DNA from: Eledone cirrhosa
Lineage: Eukaryota
Assembly: GCA_964016885.1 (NCBI GenBank)
Contig: OZ024743.1
Span: 316,510,001 to 316,574,000, forward strand
Direction of reading: 5' to 3'
Length of the DNA stretch: 64,000 bases
Part shown: one piece after another, positions 52,495 through 64,000 of the stretch
How the letters are laid out: each line of letters begins with the position of its first letter
How positions within the stretch are numbered: position 1 is the stretch's first letter
The notes under the pieces: model-generated
Database searches by the model: none
Seen by the model: the letters and a program-made list of their open reading frames with translations, nothing else
Told to the model about the DNA's origin: nothing
Made by a program: the position numbers and the translations under genes

Positions 52495-53902
52495 ACGAAA
52501 CAATCACTTGATCACCTATAGATCAGGGGAACACACCAGCCAGGTAGATTATATCCTTACCAGAAGACGTGACAGAGTGTCTGTTGTAAACACTAAATCC
52601 CTCCCCCATGAAGAATGCACCTCTCAACATACTCATAATTAGCGACCTCATAGTTAGGACGAGACGTACTCGACAACAGAAGAGGACTATCCTCGGGAGA
52701 AAAATATTGAAGTTAAAGGACCCCACAGCCAGTAATAAATTTAAAATCATATTACTTGATGCTTTTGATAGTAAGGAAGAGCAATTAAAAGTCGTACAAT
52801 ATAGAGGAACAGTGGGAATTCCTGAAAGCTAACCTGCTGAAGACGACAGATGAAACCTGTGGCTGGAGCAGACCTATAGGCAGGAGGAGAGTAACTTGGT
52901 GGTGGAACAGTAAGGTGGAGGGGTCAATCAAGGCCAAAAAGCAGGCTTGGAAAGCATGGCGGGATGGGGGAAGTAGAGAAAACTATCAAGTGGCCAGGAG
53001 GGAAGCTAGGAGACAAGTGTACTTCGCAAGAAGGGAAGCAGAGGAAAGAAAGTTCAAGCATGTTCTACAACGCGAGGACCAAAAACGTGAGGTGTTCAGG
53101 ATTGCTAGGCAATGTGTCAAGGAAAACCGTGATATTGTCGGGGAAAGTGTGTCCTTAATGATGATGGTGTACTTGCCATCACTGACGCTGATAAGAAGGT
53201 AGCTTGGAAGTGTCACTACGAAAGGCTACTAAATGAGGAGAATAATTGGGAGAAAGACAGTCTCTCCCACATCGGTCCAATAGAGGGACCAGCAGTGCAA
53301 GTTGAAGGTAGTATAATAAGTAAGGCAATCAAATACATGAAGATGGGCAAGGCGGCTGGGCCTTCGGAAATAGTTGCTGAAATGCTGAAAGCATCTGGAA
53401 CGGTGGGACACACTATGGTCACCCGGATAGTAAAACCAAGTCATACAGAATGGGGTCGTTCCGAGCGAATTGATCTAGACGAAATGCAGTTCGGGTTTGT
53501 GTCAGGTAAAAGTACAACAGACGCTCTTTTCATTGTACGACAACTACAGGAGAAGTACCTAGCTAAAAGTAAACTCCTATACTTAGCTTTTGTTGACTTG
53601 GAGAAAGCCTTTGACAGAGTACCCCGCTCGATTATCTGGTTGGCCCTTAGAAAACTAGGTGCTGATGAATGGCTTGTGAATATAGTGAAGAGTTTAGCGT
53701 AAAAGTTGGTGTTCATCAAGGCTCCGTCCTTAGCCCTCTACTATTTATGATTGCCCTTCAGACTATAACAGAAGAGTTCAAGACTGGCTGCCCATGGGAA
53801 CTTCTATACGCAGATGATCTAACGCTCATAGCTGAATCAATGGCTGAACTAGAGAAGAAATTCCAAACATGGAAGCATGGCCTAGAATCAAAAGGCCTTA
53901 AA
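52495..53902 (+). mobile_element. Internally deleted RTE LINE (endonuclease end, tether and RT)
   Basis: GKAAGPS, MQFGF, FVDLEKAFDRV, GVHQGSVLSP and YADD across frameshifts. Confidence 0.9.
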
Positions 53903-54099
53903 ATGATGTTGATATATATATATATATGTATGTATGTGTATCATCATCGTTTAACATCCATCTTCCACGCTTGCATGGGTTTGGACGGGAATTTTCCCAC
54001 TTGAGGCAAGATTGGTTGTCTTGCTCGTATAGGACTGTCTGGCGGGTTTTCTACGGCTGGATGCCCTTCCTAACACCAACTACATTTACAGTGTGGACT

Positions 54100-54140
54100 T
54101 ATCGATTTTCAGACATAATTGGGCCCTCATCAGAAGGCCT
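54100..54140 (-). ncRNA. Hammerhead motif truncated at its cleavage site
   Basis: Minus strand: AGGCCTT CTGATGA GGGC-CCAATTAT-GTCT GAAAATCGATA, then RTE-tail sequence; one extra A in the GAAA region. Confidence 0.6.
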
Positions 54141-56010
54141 GTTTATTATACAAACTCTGTTACAGGACATAAATACAGATACAGGCATATGTATGCACAC
54201 GCACACACATACTCATACACACATTCACACACAACTCCTTAACCACTGAACTATGTCTGCGTCTTATTTATATATTTCCAATAATTATCATGATCACAGA
54301 AGGGTGGTGGCATGTGATAAAAGTATGTATGTGGTAGGGGAAAACAAAGGTGAAACTCAGGGGAAAATAACGTCTATGGCAAGCAGGGAAATTGTGCCCC
54401 TACCCAGCACTGTATTTTTACCTATGGGCCTAATAATTTATATAAATGGTTTAATGATCGAGCCACCATAATGTTCTCACCCATGATAATCAGAGAGAGA
54501 TCATACATCTGAAGAAGTTTATTTTTTAACTCTCCAATCATAGCTTATCTGACTTTAATAGAAAGTGCTCCTAGTCCATATGGCGTCTTCCTTCAAGTGG
54601 CACCCCATGGCATGTGCCATGCTTGCCATACTTTAGTTATTCCTCTGGGAGTAATTAGGTACATGACATAATTGTTGGCCCTCAAATCTTGATGGGGTTG
54701 TGGAAATGTTGGACATGATGTATGTCTTTAGTATTTACACCTTTTGGTGTCCATCAACTCTCCATATCTGATTAAAGTTGATTTCTCCCAGAGAAAAAAT
54801 AAATCAAAGAGAAAGTAAGAAAGAGATTTGAGAGAATATTCTAAGAATCGACCCCAGTATTATACTGGTTCTTTTTTTTATCAACATTGAAAGGAGGAAG
54901 ACCAAAATAGACCATGGTGAGAATTGAACTGAGAGTGAAGTGAGCCAAAATGAATAATAATAATAATAATTAAATTATTGTGTAAAGTGCTCAGGTGCAC
55001 TACAACTCGTCAAAGGTGCATGTATAGTACATAGAATAATATACAAATGTCAGGGAAGTGAATAGTGTATGAGTCATGATATACATGTGTGTATGTAGAA
55101 TAGAAAATCCTTCTATCTAATATTCTAACAATTTGTGCCACTTTATTAGATAGGCAGATAGAAGCAGAGAAAGGAAATTAAGAAATACAAGAAGTGAAAT
55201 ATGAAAAGATTTATGGCTTAATGCATTTCTTTCTAGTTATTATTTTTGTTGGAGTATTTTTTCTTGTTTCTTTTTTTTTTCGTTTTTGTTTCTTTTTTTT
55301 ATCCCAATAAACAACTTCATACTGAAAGCGTTTCTTTTGTTATATATATATATACAAACACACACACACACACATATATATTACTCTATTATGTGTTCCG
55401 ACAGGCTGGGGCCATGTTGGGACACTGCCATTATATATATGTGTGTGTGCATGTATATATACATATATATGTATCTATATATATATATATGTGTGTGTGC
55501 GTGCACTTATATGTATATATATACATATATATGTATCTATATATATATGTGTGTGTGTGTGTGCGGATATGTATATATACATATATATGTATCTACATAT
55601 ATGTGTGTGGGTAGAAAATATATGTCGGAGTGAAAAAGGTAAAAGGAAAATTAGTGCTCAATCGGTAAGAGAGCTACTTGCTAAGTGGAGACTCAACAAA
55701 TTCAACTTATTTTCAGCCACCATAATTTGATTTATATACTTTCTTAATATCATTTGTTTATATCTTTTCTTTCTTTTTCCTCACTTACGTAATACAATAC
55801 TCTACTCCATACCTTAGTAACTATTACCATCTATATATTACATACCACTACATAATACCATACATCTGCTATACCACACAAATACTAACACATGTATAGC
55901 TTTGCTATTTCAAATTTACATCTTGGAGTACATCCCTTTGTTATAATACGTTTTTCATAAACTAGCATTTTAGCATGCTACACTTTTAATGATATCTTTA
56001 AAATTTGTCT

Positions 56011-56099
56011 AAGCCCCTGAAGATTAGGTCACAATTTTGATCCCTCTTACAATTTGGAGATATGGTCAATATTGAGCCTTGAAACCTTAGGTAGCGCTT
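56011..56099 (+). ncRNA. Hammerhead ribozyme with long stem II
   Basis: AAGCCC CTGAAGA TTAGGTCACAAT...ATTGAGCCTT GAAAC CTTAG GTA^GCGCTT; one mismatch in stem I. Confidence 0.7.
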
Positions 56100-56163
56100 T
56101 TGTTCTGTGTATGAACACAAATATAATATAATATATATACATACATACATATTTCTCATTCTT

Positions 56164-56199
56164 TCTTCTGATGAAGGATTAGCGTCCGAAACGTTAAGA
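56164..56199 (+). ncRNA. Minimal Penelope-type hammerhead ribozyme
   Basis: TCTT CTGATGA AGGA-TTAGCG-TCC GAAACGTT AAGA; palindromic AACGTT stem III; element flanked by TA/TACA repeats. Confidence 0.8.
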
Positions 56200-56283
56200 C
56201 CCTCTTCCTGCTATATCAAGCGTTAACCTTATATATCCCTTCCATATACTGTACCGATTGTGTTGTTATTTCTGTTTACCTTT

Positions 56284-56322
<39 letters not shown>

Positions 56323-56619
56323 GATAATAGAGAAATTAATGTAAGGAAGAAGCCGACAGTAATTCAGACATATAAGTGACTATAACATCAAGATGAAAAA
56401 TATTTAACGTAAGATATGGGAAAATAAATCAATCTTAATTCAAAACAAGTCAAGAAGAAAAATTTCATCCTCAGACTTTGTGTAATCTGGGGGAAAAAAC
56501 TCATAGAATCTTAACTCAAAATAAAATCAAGATGAAATACTTATATATATATATATATTAGAAAGTGAGGTTTTTTTTACAAAATGAAAAATATCCGAGG
56601 TGTCCTACCCGAGTGAAAG

Positions 56620-56847
56620 TATAAAGAAAAAAAGCTGAAATCGAAAATGCAACTGGAGTCTTATTTTTTAAAAAAATTATATATATTTATTTGGTTCCTT
56701 TACTGGTTTCGCAGTTCTTCTGCTTTTCAAAAGCAGAGTTTTGAAAAGCAGAAGAACTGCGAAACCAGTAAAGGAACCAAATAAATATATATAATTTTTT
56801 TAAAAAATAAGACTCCAGTTGCATTTTCGATTTCAGCTTTTTTTCTT

Positions 56848-56851
<4 letters not shown>
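56620..56851. repeat. Perfect fold-back palindrome (about 113-bp arms) centred on an HHR stem II
   Basis: Loop GCAGAG at about 56733-56738; the right arm reads ...AGAACTGC GAAACCAGTA AAGGAACC (HHR 3' half); ends in (TA)n. Confidence 0.95.
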
Positions 56852-56879
<28 letters not shown>

Positions 56880-57636
56880 GGGAGATGCACAGTGGGTATA
56901 GAGATAGGTAAAATCTAGACTGCTCGGCCCCACAGTCAGGATTTTACTTATTTTTCTCTTTTTCTCTCTCTGCCCCCCCCCCCCCCCCCCCCCCTCTCTT
57001 TCTCTCTATATATATATATTGAAACTCTTTTAGAAGTAATTTTAAGATCTGAAGTGTTTTTTTTTTGTTTAACCAACTTAAAAAGGTAAATGCACAGAAG
57101 ACAATGATGATGGTGTTGACGGTGTCAATAACTGGTTGTTGTGATGATAATGGTTGTGGATGAGGGTGTTGATAACAATGGTGGTGGTGGTGATAAAAGT
57201 AACATTTGACTCTCTTTAGCAAAAAGCATTTTTTTTTTCCAGTCTGCATGTACACACATAACTATATATATACTATGTAACTATATATATACACACACAT
57301 ATATGTGTGTGTGTGTATGGATGAATGCATCTGTATATCCATGAATACCTGTATGTATGTATGTGTATATATTCTCATAAAAATAATGTTTGTTACACAT
57401 ATGTACACACTTACCTATATATGTATATAAGTGCGTATATATACGCATGTGTTTAAGAATGAATGCATCTGTGTATATGAATGCCTCTATGTGTATATGT
57501 GTATGTATTCTCATAAAAATGGTGTTTGCCACACACATTACCTATCTATGTATATAGAGATATATAATGTGACTATATGTACACACATCTCTCTGCCTAG
57601 CTATCTTCTGTCATTGTCTCTTTATGTGTGCGTGTG

Positions 57637-57693
<57 letters not shown>

Positions 57694-58178
57694 TCATCAT
57701 CATCGTTTAACGTCCATGTTCCACGCTTGCATGGGTTTGGACGGGAGTTTTCCCACTTGAGGCAAGAGTGGTTGTCTTGCTCGCATAGGACTGTCTGGCG
57801 GGTTTTCTACGGCTGGATGCCCTTCCTAACACCAACTACATTTACAGTGTGGACTGGGAGGTTTTTACCGTGTTACCTACATGGCCACATTACAGCGTGG
57901 ACTGTGTGTTTTTTTGTCGTGACACCTCATTTGTTTCGGGTTGGATGTTGTGGTACCAACATAACTTTACGTTGAAAGGGGTGGTGTGGATGGGGTGGGG
58001 GTAGTGGGACAGGGGTGTATATATATACACACACACACACACAATGACAAATATATATGCATATGTGTACATATATAACATTAACTTTTTTATGTTTGTT
58101 ACATACACACTTAGCTAGCTAAATATGATTTGGCATATGGCTGGTGATGGTCCTCCCAGTCTCTCTCTCTCTCTCTCA

Positions 58179-58220
<42 letters not shown>

Positions 58221-58264
58221 CCCCCTCTCCACATATAAACACAAAACTAAATTAATATATATAT

Positions 58265-58583
58265 TTATAACAGATTCGAAGCACTCGACAAATTTTCTGG
58301 AGTATAATATTCAATGATATTAATAAATGGAAACTATATTTATAAAACCATATTTATTCTATTATTTATATTTCAAGGATACCAAAACTTTGGTACGCTG
58401 GATAATCTATCCAGGTAAAACTTGAACCATTAAGGTCTTATTCCTGGATATGTCAATATTTATAAAACAAACTTTGTATTTTATCTGATGAGAGCATATG
58501 AAAGTTTTGGTACCTTTGAAATATATATAATAGAATAAATATGGTTTTATAAATATAGTTTCCATTTAATAATATCATTGATA
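58265..58583. mobile_element. HHR-bearing fold-back element (family of 32882)
   Basis: 58305-58399 is the reverse complement of about 58492-58583; high identity to 33000-33220. Confidence 0.85.
58479..58535 (+). ncRNA. Hammerhead ribozyme (stem II partly decayed)
   Basis: TTTTAT CTGATGA GAGCATATGAAAGTTTTGGTACCTTT GAAA TATATATA^ATAGAA. Confidence 0.7.
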
Positions 58584-58590
58584 TATATAT

Positions 58591-58916
58591 ATCATCATCA
58601 TTTTACGTCCGCTTTTCCCTGCTTGCAAGGGTGGGACGGGAACTGATTCTGGCTTGATTTCTACAGCTGGATGCCCTTCCTAACACCAACCTCATTTACA
58701 GTGAGTGCTGGGTGCTTTTTTGCTGTGGCACCTCCACGACCACTTTGCAGTGGAATGATAGGGAACCCAGTCCCTATTATCTCATTTCTACAGCTGAGTA
58801 AACTGGAGCAATGTGAAATAAAGTGCCTTGCTCAAGGAAACAACACATCATCCGGTCTGAAAATTGAACTCACAACCTTTCGATTGCAAGGCCAATGCTC
58901 TAACCACTAAGCCATG
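58591..58916 (-). mobile_element. SINE family A
   Basis: Near-identical to the other family A copies. Confidence 0.9.
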
Positions 58917-58960
58917 TGTATATATTTATATATATATGTATGTATGTGTATATATATATA

Positions 58961-59003
<43 letters not shown>

Positions 59004-59128
59004 ATATATATATATGTATATGTATGTGTATATATATATATGTATATGTATGTGTATATATATATATGTATATGTATGTGTATATATATATATGTATATG
59101 TATGTGTATATATATATATATATATGTG

Positions 59129-59159
<31 letters not shown>

Positions 59160-59252
59160 GTATATATATATATATATGTATGTATGTGTATATATATATG
59201 TATGTATGTGTATATATATATGTATGTATGTGTATATATATATGTATGTATG

Positions 59253-59291
<39 letters not shown>

Positions 59292-59350
59292 ATATATGTA
59301 TATATATATGTATGTATGTATGTGTATATATATATATATATGTATGTATG

Positions 59351-59457
<107 letters not shown>

Positions 59458-59616
59458 GTATATATATATATATATGTATGTATGTGTATATATATATATA
59501 TATGTATGTATGTGTATATATATATATATATGTATGTATGTGTATATATATATATATATGTATGTATGTGTATATATATATATATATGTATGTATGTGTA
59601 TATATATATATATGTA

Positions 59617-60207
59617 TGGTGCTACTGGTAACATGTATCCCAGTACAACCTGTTTCATGGTCGGGTCGTTGGCGACTAAACTGGCAACCCCACCAAGGTT
59701 TCTTGGTGAGGAGGGTGACTTTGGACATCCTGCAGGACTAAAAACAAAACCTGTCAAAGGGCAAAGGAGCTCTTAAGAGTCAATGGCCATCCAAAATCAC
59801 CGGGAGAGATGACCCCTTAGCCTTTGTCAAGGCAGAATTCTAGGAGAAGGAAAACTCTGATATAACACCTGCAACCCTGATGGTATCCAATGATGTTGAC
59901 TTGTTCTACTTTTTGGTAAATATCATCTTGGTTAAGAGAGTGGGACTGGCTCTATGCAATGCCTTTGCTCACTATAAAAGCTTCATGGCACAGGCATTGC
60001 TTTATATCTGGAGATCTCTCTGCACTTGTCACATGGTACCATGGGCCCAGCACTATGTGTCAATAATTGTCACAAGTGTAGTGTTTGTACCAGAGTTTTC
60101 AAGTCGCTGGCTGGACTCAAAAGTCACACTCGTTCAGCGCATCGGTAGGGGTTCTCCTACATGGATATAAAGTAGTGGCCGTACTCGAAAACGAGTTGGC
60201 AGCCACC

Positions 60208-60208
<1 letters not shown>
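59617..60208. mobile_element. Unclassified microsatellite-embedded repeat, longest copy (about 590 bp)
   Basis: Starts TGGTG and ends CACCA; the right half is shared with the copies at 12138 and 61177. Confidence 0.8.
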
Positions 60209-60273
<65 letters not shown>

Positions 60274-60312
60274 ATGTATGTATGTGTATATATATATATA
60301 TGTATATATATG

Positions 60313-60357
<45 letters not shown>

Positions 60358-60358
60358 G

Positions 60359-60389
<31 letters not shown>

Positions 60390-60390
60390 G

Positions 60391-60425
<35 letters not shown>

Positions 60426-60446
60426 GTGTATATATATATGTATGTG

Positions 60447-60477
<31 letters not shown>

Positions 60478-60683
60478 GTATGTATGTGTATATATATATA
60501 TATGTATATATATGTATGTATGTGTATATATATATATATGTATGTATGTATGTGTATATATGTATATGTATGTATGTATGTGTATATATGTATATGTATG
60601 TATGTATATGTATGTATATGTGTATATATATATATATATGTATATGTATGTATGTATATGTGTATATATATATATATATATAC

Positions 60684-60877
<194 letters not shown>

Positions 60878-60878
60878 G

Positions 60879-60911
<33 letters not shown>

Positions 60912-60912
60912 G

Positions 60913-60945
<33 letters not shown>

Positions 60946-60946
60946 G

Positions 60947-60979
<33 letters not shown>

Positions 60980-60990
60980 GTATATATATG

Positions 60991-61021
<31 letters not shown>

Positions 61022-61022
61022 G

Positions 61023-61155
<133 letters not shown>

Positions 61156-61176
61156 GTATATATATATATATATATA

Positions 61177-61494
61177 CTGTTGACTTGTTCTTCTTTTTGG
61201 TAAATATCATCTTGGTTAAGAGAGTGGGACTGGCTTTGTGCAGTGCCTTTGCTCACTATAAAAGCTTCACGGCACAGGCATTGCTTTATATCTGGAGATC
61301 TCTCTGCACTTGTCCTCACATGGTACCATGGCCCCAGCACTATGTGTCAATAATTGTCACAAGTGTAGTGTTTGTACCAGAGTTTTCAAGTCGCTGGCTG
61401 GACTAAAAAGTCACACTCGTTCAGCGCTTCGGTAGGGGTTCTCCTACATGGATATAAAGTAGTGGCCGTACTCGAAAACGAGTTGGCAGCCACC
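61177..61494. mobile_element. Unclassified microsatellite-embedded repeat, copy 3
   Basis: Matches 59893-60208. Confidence 0.85.
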
Positions 61495-61741
61495 ATATAT
61501 ATATATATATATGTATGTATGTGTATATATATATATATGTATATGTATGTATGTGTATATATATATATATGTATATGTATGTATGTGTATATATATATAT
61601 ATATGTATATGTATGTATGTGTGTATATATATATATATATGTATGTATGTGTATATATATATATATATGTATATGTATGTATGTGTGTATATATATATAT
61701 ATATGTATGTATGTGTGTATATATATATATGTATATGTATG

Positions 61742-61778
<37 letters not shown>

Positions 61779-62176
61779 GTATGTATGAGGAGATGTGAGA
61801 GGTGAGATTGGTGAGTTAGTTAGAAGCTAAAGCGTAAAGGCATGTGCTCAATGTGCAATATACAGTAGAAAGCAGCTAGGTGGCTGGGTTCATGCAGAAG
61901 TTAGGTGCGCAGAGCTGGAAATATTCATTAGTTAAGCAAAACAAGACCACAGATTTCACAAGGAAGACATTATTAAGATTGTCAACATATTTTAGTTTGA
62001 TGTAAGGAATGTAGAGAATAATAATAATAATATTAATAATAATAATGTCCGTTTACAATTGTTTCACTACTCCATATAATATTTCTGGATCAGATGACTA
62101 TATATCATAATTGATCTGGTTCAGTTGAAAATAATTAACATATGTATGTGTATATATATATATTTATATGTATGTG

Positions 62177-62207
<31 letters not shown>

Positions 62208-62667
62208 GTATATATATATATGTACGTATGTATGTGTATATATATATATGTACGTATGTATGTGTATATATATATATGTACGTATGTGTATATATATATA
62301 TATATGTACGTATGTGTATATATATATATGTACGTATGTGTATATATATATATATATATGTACGTATGTGTATATATATATATATGTATGTATATATATA
62401 TATGTGTGTATATATATATATATATGTATGTGTATATATATATGTATGTATGTGTATATATATATATGTATGTATGTGTATATATATATATATATGTATG
62501 TGTATATATATATATGTATGTATGTGTATATATATATATATATATGTGTATATATATATATATATATGTGTATATATATATATATGTATGTATATATATA
62601 TATGTATGTATGTGTAAATATATATATATGTATGTGTAAATATGTATGTATGTGTGTATATATATAT

Positions 62668-64000
62668 CATCATCACCGTTTTACGTCCATTCTTCCACGC
62701 TAGCATGGGTTAGACGGGTTTTCCTGTTGTGGGCAGTGTCTGGTCGGCTGACCATGCCTTGCTCATACAGGAACTGATTTGGCTTGATTTCTACAGCTGG
62801 ATGCCCTTCCTAACACCAACCTCATTTACAGTGAGTGCTGGGTGCTTTTTCGTGGCGCCTACACGTCCACTTTACAGTGTGGGCTGGGTGCTTTTTTGCT
62901 GTGGCACCTCCACGACCACCTTGCGGTGGGGAATGTGGGGGCATATTGTCTATATGCTTCAGCTTGTACCCATGGGAGGTCGGGTACTCTGTATTACTGC
63001 GTGACGCCAGAGGTCACGGTCGTGTGTCATTGCCTTTGAGAGGTGTAATTGGATAAGGTCGGCTTTTATCATCTCATCCCAGGTCATCTTGAGTCTCCCC
63101 ACTCCGCGGTTTCCATCGACTTCTAGTGCTCTGCACCTTTTTATGCAGCTGTCATCCTTCATACGCATCACATCTCCATACTAGCTCAATCGCCTCTCCT
63201 ACACACAGCATTTGATTCCTCTTATGCTCAGTCTCTCTCTCAATTCATTTATGCTTTGTCGTTCACGTATATTACTGTTACACATCCATCGGAGCATGCA
63301 GGCTTCGTTTCTCTCTAATCTACGTAAGTCTTTCACCTTCAACGCCCAGGTCTCACTACCATGCAACATTGCTGTTCGGATACATGCATCATACAGTCTG
63401 CCTTTCATTCTGAGGGAGAAGCCTTTTGCAGCTAGCAGTGGTAGTAGTTCCCTAAACTTCTTCCATCCCGTTCTTACCCTAGTTATTGTACTTTCTGAAC
63501 ACCCACCTCCGCTGCTAATTCGGTCACCTAGGTAGCAGAAGCTGTCTACTGTTTCTACAGAGCCCTCCCAGAGATTGGTGGTACTTGTTTCCTTTGGCTG
63601 TTTGCTGCTTGCTGTCCCAGCACAGCTGCTGCATGTGAAGCCTACATTCTTAATTAAACTTCCTGAGATCCCGCTACATCTCTTGTGTACCCATTGTTTG
63701 CATTTGGGGTAGAGAATGGAGTTCCTACCTACACCTTTCCTACATACTGAGCAAAGCCATTTCCCTGAGGGGATCTGGGTTCTGTTTTCTCGTCTACTTA
63801 CAAGGACCTTAGTCTTTGTCATGTTGACTTTGAGACCCTTTCTTTCTAGTCCCTGCTTCCAAGTTTGGAATTTCTTCTCTAGTTCTACCATAGATTCAGC
63901 TATAAGTGCGAGGTCATCAGCATACAGGAGTTCCCATGGGCATCCGGTCTTAAACTCCTCCGTTATTGCCTGCAGGACTATGATGAACAGGAGGGGGCTA
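62668..64000 (-). mobile_element. RTE LINE 3' half (17712 family); runs off window
   Basis: ORFs 63199-63891 and 62959-63171; YADD near 63910-63925. Confidence 0.95.

Overview
Eukaryotic, AT-rich, repeat-dense genomic DNA. It is probably from an octopus-like cephalopod, inferred from the tRNA-derived SINEs with RTE tails and the extreme (TA)n/(TG)n load. The only host gene I can support is an FLVCR/SLC49-family MFS transporter on the + strand. Six phase-compatible GT-AG exons lie between 15627 and 41484; I could not find the later exons in the window. The rest is transposon material: a young-looking Tx1/L1-like LINE (ORF1 plus the start of ORF2), many RTE-clade LINE fragments, two SINE families, a Buster-type hAT with TIRs and an 8-bp TSD, two non-autonomous Helitrons, several MITEs and microsatellites. 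Most entries in the ORF track are microsatellite or antisense artefacts. The main unexplained signal is a set of about nine hammerhead-ribozyme (HHR) motifs plus decayed or half copies, almost all with short palindromic stem III. They sit in small non-coding elements inserted in (TA)n tracts. These elements form either fold-back palindromes whose inversion points map to the HHR stem II, or a roughly 430-bp tandem monomer, so they look like a diverse Penelope-like/retrozyme-like system. Supporting clues are a filled/empty (TA)n site pair, a chimera joined at the predicted cleavage site, and a conserved TATTATA-CTC motif at the 3' junctions. All folds were read by eye and none has been computed.
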